Source: Octopus vulgaris (lineage: Eukaryota). Taken from it: a stretch of DNA of 64,000 bases. Positions 14,638 to 26,238 of this stretch are shown one piece after another. The notes below the pieces were generated by a model that searched no databases, had not been told where the DNA came from, and was given only the letters and a program-made list of their open reading frames with translations. A program made the translations under genes and the position numbers. The stretch spans positions 33,542,001-33,606,000 of the forward strand of contig OX597815.1 of the NCBI GenBank assembly GCA_951406725.2. Reading direction: 5' to 3'. Numbering within the stretch: position 1 is the first letter of the stretch; each line of letters opens with the position of its first letter.

Positions 14638-15290
14638 TCATCATCATCATTGTCTTTTAACCTAAGTTTTCCATATTCATATAAGTTGGATGGTTATACT
14701 GGATTTAACAGATTGGAGGATTGTATCATACTACTATGTGTGGATTGGTTGCCCTTCTGAATATCAACCATTTCACAGATTCTAATGAATACTTTATTCA
14801 TGGCACCAGTTCTAGTGATCATGTAGATCACAAGACTAAGAATTCTCCTGAACTGAATGGAACTATAGCAGAGAAGGGAACAGATTTATGCTAGGTGTTG
14901 AGAAATTAAGTACAGAAGAAGAGACAAGAACATGTTTCTTGTTGCAGAGGAGATACATGACTACATTGCATTATATAAGAGTGAATGGGAGTAGTTAAAG
15001 TAGAGCTGGAAAGAGAGAAAAAGTTGGTGGACAAAGTGTCACTGTGAATCCTTGAGGTACAGAGAGATTCTCCCTTGCTAGGTTTATTCACTTGTGAGCT
15101 ACATGGTGATTTCAATACTGTTGCTGACATGTGAAGTGGTTGGCATTAGGAAGGGCATCTAGCTGTAGAAACCATGCCAAAGCAGATACTAGAGCATGGT
15201 GCAGTCCTTTGACTCATCAGTTCCTTGTCAAACCACCTAACTTATGCTAGTATGGAGCATGGATATTTGAGGGTGGTGGTGATGATGATT
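14638..15290. mobile_element. Two degenerate RTE-3'-derived fragments in opposite orientation (minus 14638-15130, plus 15130-15290)
   Basis: (CAT)n start and (GAT)n end; GTTGGCATTAGGAAGGGCATCTAGCTGTAGAAAC core at ~15140. Confidence 0.7.
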
Positions 15291-15299
15291 ATATATGCA

Positions 15300-15590
15300 T
15301 ACACATGCCTGAATAATTAAGAAGTTCACTTCGCAGTCATCAGGTCTTGGTTTCAGTTTTACTGCATGGCATCTTGGGCAAATTTCATTTTCTAAAAGTT
15401 AACTTCTATCTTGTCAGTTGATTGTATCAGTAATTCATAAGGCATGGCCTTTTCACACATTGCATCATGCTCTTTCTGTCTGAAAAGTACATTGTGGGTA
15501 CACATCTTGTGGAATGTTCAGCTACTTAAGCATTAATTCAGGAGCAGATAATAATGTTGATTGATCACCTGAATTCTCCACATCAAACAA
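15300..15590 (+). mobile_element. Degenerate SINE: head B joined to the tail seen in the 59048-59431 SINE
   Basis: AAGAAGTTCACTT..GGCATCTTGGGCAA head. GGGTACACATCTTGTGGAATGTTCAGCTACTTAAGCATTAATTCAGGAGCAG resembles the reverse complement of 59105-59170. Confidence 0.6.
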
Positions 15591-16035
15591 TATGCACTCA
15601 TACATACATGCACATGCGATTGCACAAAAAGCATAGTTAACAACCAAATAGGAGTTTGTTAGTTCACGTTCTATCCTCAGCACTGCAATATGTTAGTGAC
15701 CAGAGTGCTTAACTTTCAACTAGCCAAATTCACCTAGATGTGAATAGATATGGAGATCAAAATCTCCAGCGAGACAACTTCAATGGAAGGTAATGGTAAA
15801 CCACTTCTGTGACTTGTCAAGAAAGCTTTATGGATGTGTATGGTCCATAACACCACCTGAAGCTAGATTTAACTTGATAGTTTCAAATAGACTTTTCAGA
15901 ATGTAAGATAAATTTGTACTTATCTTTTAACTAATTTTTCTCTGTAAGTAATTATATTTAATATTTGTTTTTTATTAGGTTGCAAAATTAAGCACTAATT
16001 GGCTTTTCATAAATATTCTATCATTTACATTTGAC

Positions 16036-16128
16036 CTGGTGCAGCCTTCGGGCTCCCCAGACACCAGTTGAACCGTCCAACCCATGCTAGCATGGAAAGC
16101 GGACGTTAAATGATGATGATGATGATGA
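16036..16128 (+). mobile_element. Short RTE 3'-end fragment nested in the left arm
   Basis: GTCCAACCCATGCTAGCATGGAAAGCGGACGTTAAA(TGA)n. Confidence 0.9.
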
Positions 16129-16153
16129 AATATTTGTCATCTTGTTTGTTGTT

Positions 16154-16199
16154 AACACAACATTTCAGCTGATACACCCTCCAGCCATCATCAGGTGTC
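16154..16199 (-). ncRNA. Minimal type I hammerhead ribozyme motif (decayed), inverted copy
   Basis: Reverse complement reads GACAC-CTGATGA-T-GGCTG-GAGGGTGTAT-CAGCT-GAAA-TGTT-GTGTT: stem I GACAC/GTGTT, conserved CUGAUGA and GAAA, stem II GGCTG/CAGCT. Confidence 0.7.
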
Positions 16200-16252
16200 T
16201 TGGGGAAATTTCGAACCTGGGTTCTCATTCCTAAGGTATTTTTCTATGTTAT

Positions 16253-16320
16253 TGGCATAGTGGTTAAGCGCACAGGCTACTAACCCCAAGATTCCGAGTT
16301 TGATTCCAGGCAGTGGCTTG
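16253..16320 (+). promoter_or_regulatory. tRNA-like Pol III promoter head (A and B boxes)
   Basis: A box TGGCATAGTGG at 16253; anticodon-like arm GG-CTACTAA-CC; B box GAGTTTGATTCC at ~16296 (GTTCGA with CpG decay). No complete acceptor stem, so not called a tRNA gene. Confidence 0.7.
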
Positions 16321-16383
16321 AATAATAATAACAACATAAAAAGATACCTTAGGAATGAGAAGCCAGGTTCGAAATTTCCCCAA

Positions 16384-16429
16384 GGCACCTGATGAAGGCT
16401 GGAGGGTATATCAGCTGAAACATTGTGTT
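16384..16429 (+). ncRNA. Minimal type I hammerhead ribozyme motif (decayed)
   Basis: GGCAC-CTGATGA-A-GGCTG-GAGGGTATAT-CAGCT-GAAA-CATT-GTGTT. Comparison with the other arm (GAAATGTT) implies ancestral GAAACGTT, the loopless palindromic stem III of Penelope-type hammerheads. Confidence 0.72.
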
Positions 16430-16467
16430 AACAATAAACAAAATGAGGACAAATATCCGTCATATGT

Positions 16468-16677
16468 CATCATCATCATCGTTTAACGTCCGTTCTCCAT
16501 GCTAGCATGGGTTGGACAGTTCGACCGGGGATCTGCGAAGCCAGAAGGCTGCACCAGGCTCCAGTCTTATCTGGCAATGTTTCTACAGCTGGATGCCCTT
16601 CCTAACGCCAACCACTCCGTGAGTGTAGTGGGTGCTTTTTACGTGCCACCCGCACAGGTGCCAGGCGAGGCTGGCTA
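16468..16677 (-). mobile_element. RTE 3'-end fragment nested in the right arm
   Basis: (CAT)n CGTTTAACGTCCG start; nearly the same as 2041-2230; ATATGT repeated at 16462-16467 and 16678-16683 (putative TSD). Confidence 0.9.
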
Positions 16678-17292
16678 ATATGTAAATAATGTAAATAATT
16701 CCTCATCTCTTATATTTAGAACTGTATTCTATCATTTATTTGGTGTTTTCTGTTTTAATTTTCAAATCTTTTCAATGTTCAGCTTACTTTAATTTCTCCA
16801 GTGTCACTATAAATAAGCACTAGTTGTATATTAGGGTTGAATTAATACTCCATGCACTTTCTCCTTAGAAACAGATATGTTTAATATCAGCATACAAAAT
16901 GTTTATGCATCATTATAACTTTCACTCTCTACTTATCATCATCCCTGTTATCATTAGCTCTTTTAGCCCTATGGCTTTTTTGAGTATTTGTTTAAAAACA
17001 CTACAGGTTGTCAAAAACAATAGAAAAATAATGATTCAAATAACATTATATAACTATGCTGCACCCCATAGATTTTCGTAAAATTGCAGATGGGACAAAA
17101 CATTACAACAGAATCAGTTGTACTAATTAGCTAATGACTACCATTGTCAACATTATCATTTCTGTTGTTTTGACTTTCACTCCCTTCAAGATTATTAGAA
17201 AAAAATCTGATTTTACATTGTTGCCACTACTCCCAGCATTGTCAATACTTTGATCATTATTATTGTCATCTGTGTCACATCACTAAAAAGTG

Positions 17293-19056
17293 CTGCTCTT
17301 AGGAGTTAAATGCAAATATTTTTCAGTTTCGAAAGATAATTGCTAAATGAAATGAATCCTCCACATGTCATAAATTGTTAATTAGAGACATTTGTTGGTT
17401 CTGTCCAGTTTTTCACTTGGCAGGTAGTGTCCATAAACAGTACCTGCTAATTACAATCTGCAACATGGCAACTGAGAAGAAAGAGCTTTATTTTGGCTGA
17501 TATGTTAAAAATGGAGGTATTTTTGGTTGCATTATTCTGATATATTGGCCTGGCAGTGCTGTAAGAGTTGAAATGTAATTAGATGTTTGATCTGAAAGTG
17601 TCTATATTCATTTGAGACACTTAACACTTTTTTTGCTCTGCAGAATCTTGACTGTAGTTTAAAAAACATACACACACACACACAAATGTCCTCAAGTGAA
17701 TTAATAGATGTTCTTCCAGTGTGGCCCAGGCAAATCCTAAGATCTACCCTTCAGCAATTTGACATTGCCAGTCACAAAAGGGTCTTTATATTAAGGACTG
17801 CTTTCAAAACTTTTGTGGGTGAATTAATTACTTTAACATATTTTTGTCTATTGTTAAAAAGCATGGGATTTGATTGTTAGAATATTTTCTATTGATCTCC
17901 AATTTTAGAATGTTACTGAATTAAAATTTTTTTAATATGCTTAATCTAGATTTGGCCCGATCTATTATTGAATGTTTCACTTTTTTTTTCTCATCTGTTT
18001 CTCTCCCTCACCTTTCTTCTCTGATTCATCGTATTTTACACTTTACTGCTTGGATGGTATCTAGATATAACTACATTCCTGGCATTGGAGGCTTTCGTTG
18101 GCGATTTATGATTTATTTCTATCAGTATTTTATATTGAAAACTAATGTTAGTTTATCCTGAAAACTATTAATGTCTCTAGTTATATTTCCCACATTTAGC
18201 TTCATTTCTAATTGTTACTCCTTGATTTATAACAACTTAAAGAAGCTATATGTATAAAAATACTTTTTCTTCCTACTTTTCAGGTGCTTTTGGATAAGCA
18301 CTGTATTGCTTACTGAGATTGCATATTTATGAAAGCTGTGAAATCTTTGTTTCTCTCTATACCCCTCCCCACACACAACATTCTTAATTGTTAGTTCATC
18401 ATAGTAATAAATAGAATGTAATTGCGTGATAGTCAACTGTTTGTTGTTAGAGATACTCTTTAATTGGTAACCAACCCTCTCAGCTTCAGGAAGTTAGGAA
18501 TTGGAAGTTGTAGCATTCATTCTTTTTTCAAGGCCTTAGTAGAAGGGAAATAGCTACAATCATGAATAAAATCTTTGTCGTATTCATTTCATGAGAAGCT
18601 TATTACTTATACTGCAGTATAAAATGAATGTTTTCCAATTGAAATGACACCAGTTTTAAAATGGTATTTTTTGTTTGTTATTTAATTTATCAAATCAGAA
18701 TATTAGATAAAATTCCTTTCACTCTGCATATTCTTGAATTATTTCTACTGTCATGTTAAATAGGACAAAGACCTTTTTTTAAATCACCATCTTTTGTGCT
18801 TGACATTTTGTTTTGGTGACATTAGACTTATAATGCTTTTTTGCCCAGCATAAAAGTGCTCAATCTTATCTGTCCAACATAGTTCTCCTCTCTCCTTTAA
18901 ATAAGGCAGTTTGGTTTTTAGATAACCCTGCTCTTGGGAGTTAAATACAAATATTTATGTTTCAGTGATAATTGCTAAATGAAATGAATGTTTCCTCCAC
19001 ATATCATAATTTGTTAGTTGGAGATATATTTGTTGGTTCTGTCCAGTTTTTCACTT
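17293..19056 (+). repeat. Dispersed direct repeat, ~126 bp (17293-17418 and 18928-19056)
   Basis: Both copies read CTGCTCTT.GGAGTTAAAT.CAAATATTT..GATAATTGCTAAATGAAATGAAT..CCTCCACAT..TTTGTTGGTTCTGTCCAGTTTTTCACTT. Confidence 0.9.
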
Positions 19057-19188
19057 AAATTGAAACATCTAAGAAAAAGCCACAAGTATTAAAGGAACCA
19101 TTTTTTAAACTTTATAAAAAGAGTTTACTATAGTTTATGATTGTCAGCAAATTTACAGAAACAGATTTTTGTATTTTATGTTGATCTC

Positions 19189-19395
19189 AAATTTTGGCAC
19201 AAGGCCAGTAATTTTGGGGGAGGGGTAAGTTGATTACATTGAATCCAGTGCTCAACTGGTACTTATTTTATTGACCCTGAAAGGATGAAAGGTAAAGTTG
19301 ACTCTGGTAGAATTTGATCTCAGTATATAAAGTGAGAAGAAATGCCTCTAAGCATTTTGTCTGGTGTAGTGATGATTTTGCTACTTCCCTACCTT
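19189..19395 (-). mobile_element. SINE family C
   Basis: TTTTGGCACAAGGCCAG..ACTGGTACTTATTTTATTGACCCTGAAAGGATGAAAGG..GAATTTGATCTCAG (B box on minus strand). Related copies at ~8620-8800, 29520-29690, 31690-31870, 40072-40270 and 47835-47960. Confidence 0.8.
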
Positions 19396-19754
19396 TGATT
19401 GGTATTTGATGTTCAGAAGTGGTTTACACCAAATCTATATGGAAGTTAGCTAATGAAAAAGAACACAAAAAAGGCATAAAGGTCAGATTAGCAATAGGAG
19501 TAACAGAGCAGTTATATGATTATATTCTAAGTGTGTACTATATCTATTTCAGATAAACACGGACTTATGTATTAGTAATACAAACAGATCCTGAATTAAT
19601 ATGTTTGTGGTTTATTTGAGTCAGTTTTAGGTAGTAGAAGACAATTACCATGAGATAAATTGTAGCTGCTCTAAGACAGTGTATTATAATATTTCTGAAA
19701 GTGTATTATATTTCTGAAAGTGTTGTGAGGTGACCTATACATAATATATTTATA

Positions 19755-20684
19755 CAGGGTGTTTGGACTAAATTTGGCACTTTGCATGAAGGATAAAACA
19801 AACACAATATTCAATCAAAAAATAAAAATATTTTTGAAATATCAAAAAATATCAAACTAGATTATGGCTGGGAGATAACTTTTACTAAAAGTAGCTGCCC
19901 TCATCATCCACTATGGCATCAAGATGGCGTCAGAACCAGGTGTGTGCATTCCTCCATGGAAAGATTTTCAAACACCTTGATCTTGGTCATCAGCTTGGCC
20001 TTGGTGTTGCAGGCAGAGCACTTGGTGTCTCTCCCAGCTTCTCTCCACCCCCAAATAGTAATCCATGAGATTACAATCAGAAGATTTAAGAAGCCTGAAG
20101 TTAGAGCTGGTTAAGTCATAGGAATTCTTCAGCAACCACTTCTGACTCTTTCCAGAGGTATGGCAAGGAGCTGAATCTTGCTGCCACACACACATATGGC
20201 TTTTCAACAGCAACCCTCTCCAACCAGGGTTTGACTACAGTCTCCAGCAGCTTCACATAGCCATCTATCCATCTAAATTGAACCTAATGCTCTGTTCACC
20301 AGTTGTTACACGTTTTCTGATGTGCAGACACAGTCAGACTGCCTGCTGTGCCTCTTCCTGCTTGCCATGGATTAGTAGTCTTTGTTGCAGTTGCCTGGGC
20401 CACATCTTACAGTCCTTACAGTGTTCACAGAATATTGAACAGCAGCTATGATGTCAGTATTTTGACACTCTGCATGACTCATCATGATATATGTAACTCT
20501 TTTCCAATATTCAGATGGCTTCTAGTCTTGCATGTCACCTAACCTTTTCTCAACTACAACTTTAATCTTTATACTCCCTGATGCCATTGACTGTTCACCC
20601 ATACACCAAGCTGTTCCTAACAACAAAAAAAATGTCTTAAAAAATTGACATAAAAAAATTGTTAGATTTAACCCAAATATCCTG
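19755..20684 (-). mobile_element. Internally deleted Tc1/mariner-superfamily transposon
   Basis: ORF 19968-20213 has VWQQDSAPCHTS..QKWL..SSDCNLMDY (QQD.AP.H and SPD.NP.DY motifs). Imperfect TIRs CAGGGTGTTTGGACTAAATTTG / TAGATTTAACCCAAATATCCTG, with TA at the left end. Confidence 0.8.
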
Positions 20685-22867
20685 TGTATAGTAAACATTT
20701 CTAACTAGGTTTCAGTTTCAATTGATAGCAGCTTGTCTTTTCTATTACACTAATTATGGTGCTACTATCATCCAGATTTGCAGCTTAATTTATAAGTATA
20801 ATATATCCACTACTTGTCTCCTATACAACCAACACTGTAATGGAATGGAATCTGTTTTAATACCTCCCACTTTAGCTGTTCTCATTCCAGTGCATGTCTG
20901 TTTTTACTGTGCAATTATACAAATGCAATGGAGAGACATGGTTGTTGGTAGAAAATGTCTTATTTTCAATAACAATCCTGGATTAGTACCAACATTTTTT
21001 TTATTATTGAATTACCTCAATTTTCATTATTTCTCATCAGTAATATTATTCTTTGTGGTATATTGATCTTTTTACTTATTTCCACTGAATCCTATTCCTG
21101 CACATATTTAAACAACTGATTTGCATACATCTTTACAGCAAATTAATTTGATAATGTGTTGGTTTTATACAATATTTTGTTTCATAAATCAATATTAATA
21201 TAGAAATATGTTTTTCTTACATTTTACATTAATTTCTACATTATTTTGGACTTTTCTGTCTCCAAGAAGCATTAGAAATGTTCTATACTGAGCTAACTCC
21301 ATTTTATAGAATGCCACTTTTGGTATCTCCATTTCTCTGTTGGCAAATAAGATTGAAGCAGCTTTATATAGTTTATTTGCCATTAAAAATTCTGATTAAT
21401 ACATTACATATAAGAGATAATTCATTAACTTCATGCTGAATGTGCGGGTTTTCAATTTTTAACTGCAATGTGTATAATTTTGCTAAATTTGTAATTTGTG
21501 AGAAAATATTCATAGGAAAAATAAGCTATTTACATCATAACAGATGGCATTAGAATACATCTTACATAGATTCATATTTCCTACCACTGGATTTCTCTCA
21601 TTGTCTGTTTCTTCTGACTCATTTTGGCACTTATTCACATTCAGTGTAGACTTGTAGAATTGTTTCTGTTATTTTAAATTCATAGATACCAAACAAAAGG
21701 GATCTTAAAATGAGTTTCCTCTCTATCATAACCATACCAACAGCATTCTCAGACCATCTAGCACCATTCCTTAATTTTTTTAAAGCTAGAGATTATTGTT
21801 AGTTTTAAGAAATACATTGATGCAATTTTCTGGGGATATTTTATTAGCCCAAAAGCCACAACCAAACATTTTCAAACAATTTATGAAAAAAACAAAAAGA
21901 TCTTTTTCAGACTGTCTCTTCTCTTTAACCACCTTTACCCAAAAGGCCTTAAGAAGCACTTAGGAAGTATTATCAAGAGATAACAACAATCATTGTCTCT
22001 AACCAAAATATACCATTAATTAATCGAGTGGCGTCGAGGAATATTGATTTCTTTTAAATATGCTCAAAATCTGTTTTTGTAAGGGTAGTCTTGGTTTGGG
22101 ATAAATTAATTACAATGCAAGTACTATTTTTATTTTACCAAAAGATAAGAGCAAAGTGAAGCAAGGAAATATTTTATAAATTTGAAGGTTAGCTGTTAGT
22201 TACTATTGAGCAATGGTATACTTTAATTCTTAGGGTAGTTAACTACTGAAAAATGGTATAACTTAATTCTCAAGCTAGTTAAATTTTTCCATTCTATGTT
22301 CTAAGTGTCTTGCAGTACACACTGTAAACATAAATTCTTGTAGTATTAGAGGAGTGGTTTACAAGCTTGAAAATCTTTGTGTTCAAGTTAAGGAAATACT
22401 TACTGTAAACACTGCCACTCTATGAAGCCTAATTAGTGCTTGATGAGCTAGGACATTGAGAGTTAAGTGCCTCAACCAGAGACAATGCAGTATTAATGAC
22501 ATTATAACCATCAACTTCTTGGTTGTTTGGCTAGTGCTCTACTGACTTTGCTCTCCCTCTTCGTATACGCACACACACTGTTGTTTCATATTTTCTATTC
22601 ATATATTCTTCTCATTATCTGTCTTTTTTCTTCAAACTGTCACTTTTATTCACAGTTCAAGTCAAATTTAGTACAGGCTTATTGATACAATGTCTAGGTA
22701 TATCATTTTTCCAAAATCAACATCTTCAAACTATTTCATAAGGAAATCTGTTGACACTGATCCTCCCTCTTTCTCTGTTCCCTCTCACCCCAAAAGCTCT
22801 CAGCACTTATAGAAAAAACTATTTGAATCTGAAGTGAACACTTAATAAAAGTGATAGTATGAAAAAT

Positions 22868-23045
<178 letters not shown>

Positions 23046-23056
23046 ATATACATATA

Positions 23057-23840
23057 TTATCATTATCATCATTTAATGTCCATCAAAGCCATGATGGCAT
23101 AGGTTTGATGGTTTAACAGGGTCTGACAGGTTTAAGAATTGCATCATATTGCAGTGTCTGCTTTGGCATAGTTTTTATGGTTAGATGCCCTTCCAAATGC
23201 CAAACAGTACACAGAGGGTATTGAGTGTTTTCCTTGTGGTACCAGCACTAGTGAGGTCACCATGGAGCTAGCAAGATTAAGATTCCTTTCAACTGAGTGG
23301 GGCTATAGTAAAGAGAGGGGTGGCTTTATTCTAGGAGATGAGAAGTATGAGAGAAAGGGTGAGAGCAGAAAAGGTTTCTTGCTGTAGAGTAACTACATGG
23401 CTACTCACATTATGGAAAAGAGGGTGAGTGTAACTGCAGTATAGTTGGAAAGAGATAAAAATTGGTAATGATGTATCAGAGTAGACTCAAGATACAAGGT
23501 GAGTAAAAGTGAGAGGGAACAGAAAAATCTGGGAATGTGGGTGGATAAAGGTTGCAAGAATGTAAGGGGAGAATGAAAGCTGTTTAGAGATGGAGAATGG
23601 GCAAGGGAATGAATATTATGAAAGAACAAGTGTTGGGTGATGATAAGTGTATGTTGGAAGGAAGGGTGATCAATATAAAATGCAAGTGGAGAGCATCAGT
23701 GTTATAAATGAAGGGTGGCTATCTAGTGAAATGGTCCTAGGGTTGTGTTAAAGACCAGTGGTATGAGGGAAAACTTGTGAAGTATGCAGTTAGATAGGTG
23801 AAGGAGGGATCAGTAGTTTCTCCAAGATTGGCAGGTCTTC
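23057..23840 (-). mobile_element. Degenerate RTE-tailed repeat with purine-rich body
   Basis: ATCATCATTTAATGTCC start and GATGCCCTTCC core. The body resembles 14640-15130, 25868-26190, 32070-32390 and 46215-46580. Confidence 0.6.
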
Positions 23841-24126
23841 TCAAATACTGCATATCATCAGTCATGTTTTTATTTAAGATCAGAAGCAAACAGCACATGT
23901 ATGATAGCAATGTTTGCTTACAATTATCATACAATGTCAAAACAAGGAGCCACACATACACCATTGATTTCTTTCAGTTTCTATCTATCAAATCCACTTA
24001 CAAAGCATTGGTTTGACTTGGGTATAGTAGAAGTCACTGCCCAAGGTACCATGCTGTGAGACTGAACTCAAATCCATGTGAATCTGATGCATACTTCTCG
24101 ACCTTAGAACAATATATATATATAAT

Positions 24127-24216
24127 GTACTTGCTTGGGATGATACACAGAAGATTAGAAGATTAGCTCTCACTAATCTGTGCAAGGATGGCATGCAAAT
24201 TTGTGAAATTTTCTAT
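24127..24216 (+). pseudogene. U6 snRNA-derived pseudogene
   Basis: GTACTTGCTT..GGGATGATACACAGAAGATTAG..CTGTGCAAGGATGGCATGCAAATTTGTGAA is colinear with U6 (GGAACGATACAGAGAAGATTAGC..CTGCGCAAGGATGACACGCAAATTCGTGAA). Shows CpG transitions, a 5' stem-loop deletion, a duplicated AAGATTAG and a mutated ACAGAGA box. Confidence 0.8.
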
Positions 24217-24219
24217 GGT

Positions 24220-24640
24220 ATAGACAGGGTAGTACGATTGAGTTTGCTTCCTGACCACATTGCTTTGGGTTCAGTCCCATTGCATGGTATCTTCAACTAG
24301 TGTCTTCTGCTATACCTTTGAGCCAGTCAAAGCCTTGTGTGGTTTTGGTTGATGAAAACTAAAAAAAGCTCATCACATACATATGTACATGTTCTTTGTG
24401 TCTTGACATTGCATGCAGTTTGTAGATGAGCATCTGTCGTACAAGCAGTGTCTTGTTTACAATCTTCCATGAAAAGGTGTCAAGCTCTGGGGAAGTACTG
24501 CCTTACTTTGAAACAGGTTAGGATTGGTGATAGGAAAAGCATGTGGCCAAAGAAAATTTGCCATAATAAATTTTGTTCAACTCATGCAATCATGGAAAAG
24601 TGGTTGTAAAGATATTGATGATAATAATAATGATGATAGT
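24220..24640 (+). mobile_element. SINE head B with RTE-like tail
   Basis: GGGTTCAGTCCCATTGCATGG B-box region; same layout as 4645-5030 and 35468-35891. An antisense head-B fragment lies at ~23950-24100. Confidence 0.75.
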
Positions 24641-24736
24641 CATCATCATCATTATTTAGCACTCACTTTTCAGATGGAATTTATAGAGGCAGATTTTCAA
24701 CAGCTGGATGTCCCTCTTGTCACTATCCCTCACCTA

Positions 24737-26238
24737 GTGCTTTTTTTGTGCCACTGGAACTAGTGAGATCACCTAGTAAATTACAAGACAGAAAAAGAAT
24801 GGTAAAAGGAAAGCTCCTATGACTAAGTGTAGTGTACGTGGAGGGGATATTAGGGAGGGAAGTGGGCTCATGCCAGGTGTTGAGAGACTAAAATACCTTA
24901 GAGAGATAAGAACAGGCTAAGCAGTGGTGAGGGAATCACTTCATAAATGTACAAAATAATGCACTGGTAATTTTTCTTCAAGGCCAGGCATGTTTTTCAA
25001 ATATATAAAAATCTTAAAAATGTAAAGGGAAAGATGATAGGATGTTATTAAAAAGTAGAAGTGTTTTAGGTTTATATCTATCTTTTTGATCTTGAGCGAT
25101 TTTTGGAATTTGGATCCTGTGTGATCTTAATAATCTTAATAATAACTGTTATGATGGACAGAAAAGTTAGGTAATTTGGTAAGCAAATTTAGAGTTGTCA
25201 TAAAAAAAAGTACCTTTTATTGTTTCCTTTTTTCAGTGTTTCAATGATTTTTAAATATTTTTTGTTAGAATTATACTACTTTATTTTAATTCTACTTTAA
25301 TTCTATTTGTTTTTCTTATTCGCTCGTTAAGCTGTTTACTTGTATATAGTAAACATTCAATAAAAGGTTAATTACCATAGCTGCCAACTTTTCACAGATA
25401 ACATTAATTAAGAACAAGCTGACATTGTTTAACTATGTCATTTCCTTCAATTGTTCCTATTTAACCTTTTGTATGGAGTGTTGCTTGACCTCACTTATTT
25501 TCAAGACCTACTGGAAGTACATTTCAGTTTAGATGATATTATGCTTCCTTCTGTCAGTAATGTTTGCCTGTCAACTCTGAACCAACTAAGAAAATATATT
25601 TTCTTTAACCAATGCTCATTAATATTACATTATATTCCAAAAATGTTCTCTCACAGTCAGTTTCTTAAGATAGTTTCTTGTATTAATTTTGTGTTGCTCA
25701 CATATTTGATGTGGGGAACATAATAAAACTAACTAGAAATGATAAACATGCTAATGGAAAACAAAACACCTTATTAATCTGGTAAATGTTATTATTTTAA
25801 TTACTTCAGCATGTGTGGGAGACAGCTTTGGTCATGTTTTAGTTTTATTTTGACTTCAGATTGCACTTCATCATCTTCAACATGGTTGGATGATTTGACA
25901 GGATTTGGTAAGCTGCAAAGCTGTGCCAAGCTCCAGTGTCAGCTTTGGCATGGTTTTTAAGGCTGGATGCTCTTCCTAATGCCAGCCACCTTACATTGTG
26001 TACTGGGTGCTTTTTTTGTGCCACTGGAACTAGTGAGATCACCTAGTAAATTGCAAGACAGAAAAAGAATGGTAAAAGGAAAGCCCCTATGACTAAGTGT
26101 AGTGTATGTAGAGGGGATATTCGGGAGGGAAGTAGGCTCATGCCAGGTGTTGAGAGACTAAAATACCTTAGAGAGATAAGAACAGGCTAAGCAGTGGTGA
26201 AGAAATCACTTCATAAATGTGCAAAATAATGCACTGGT
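24737..26238 (+). repeat. Near-identical 232 bp direct duplication (24737-24968 and 26007-26238)
   Basis: Colinear without gaps from GTGCTTTTTTTGTGCCACTGG to ATAATGCACTGGT; about 9 substitutions by eye. Confidence 0.95.

Larger units (their letters stand above)
16028..16724 (+). mobile_element. Non-autonomous Penelope-like retroelement with tRNA-like head, hammerhead motif and inverted upstream copy
   Basis: Flanked by identical TATTCTATCATTTA at 16014-16027 and 16725-16738. Arm ~16129-16253 is the reverse complement of ~16325-16458. tRNA-like sequence lies between the arms and hammerhead cores lie in both arms. Confidence 0.75.
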
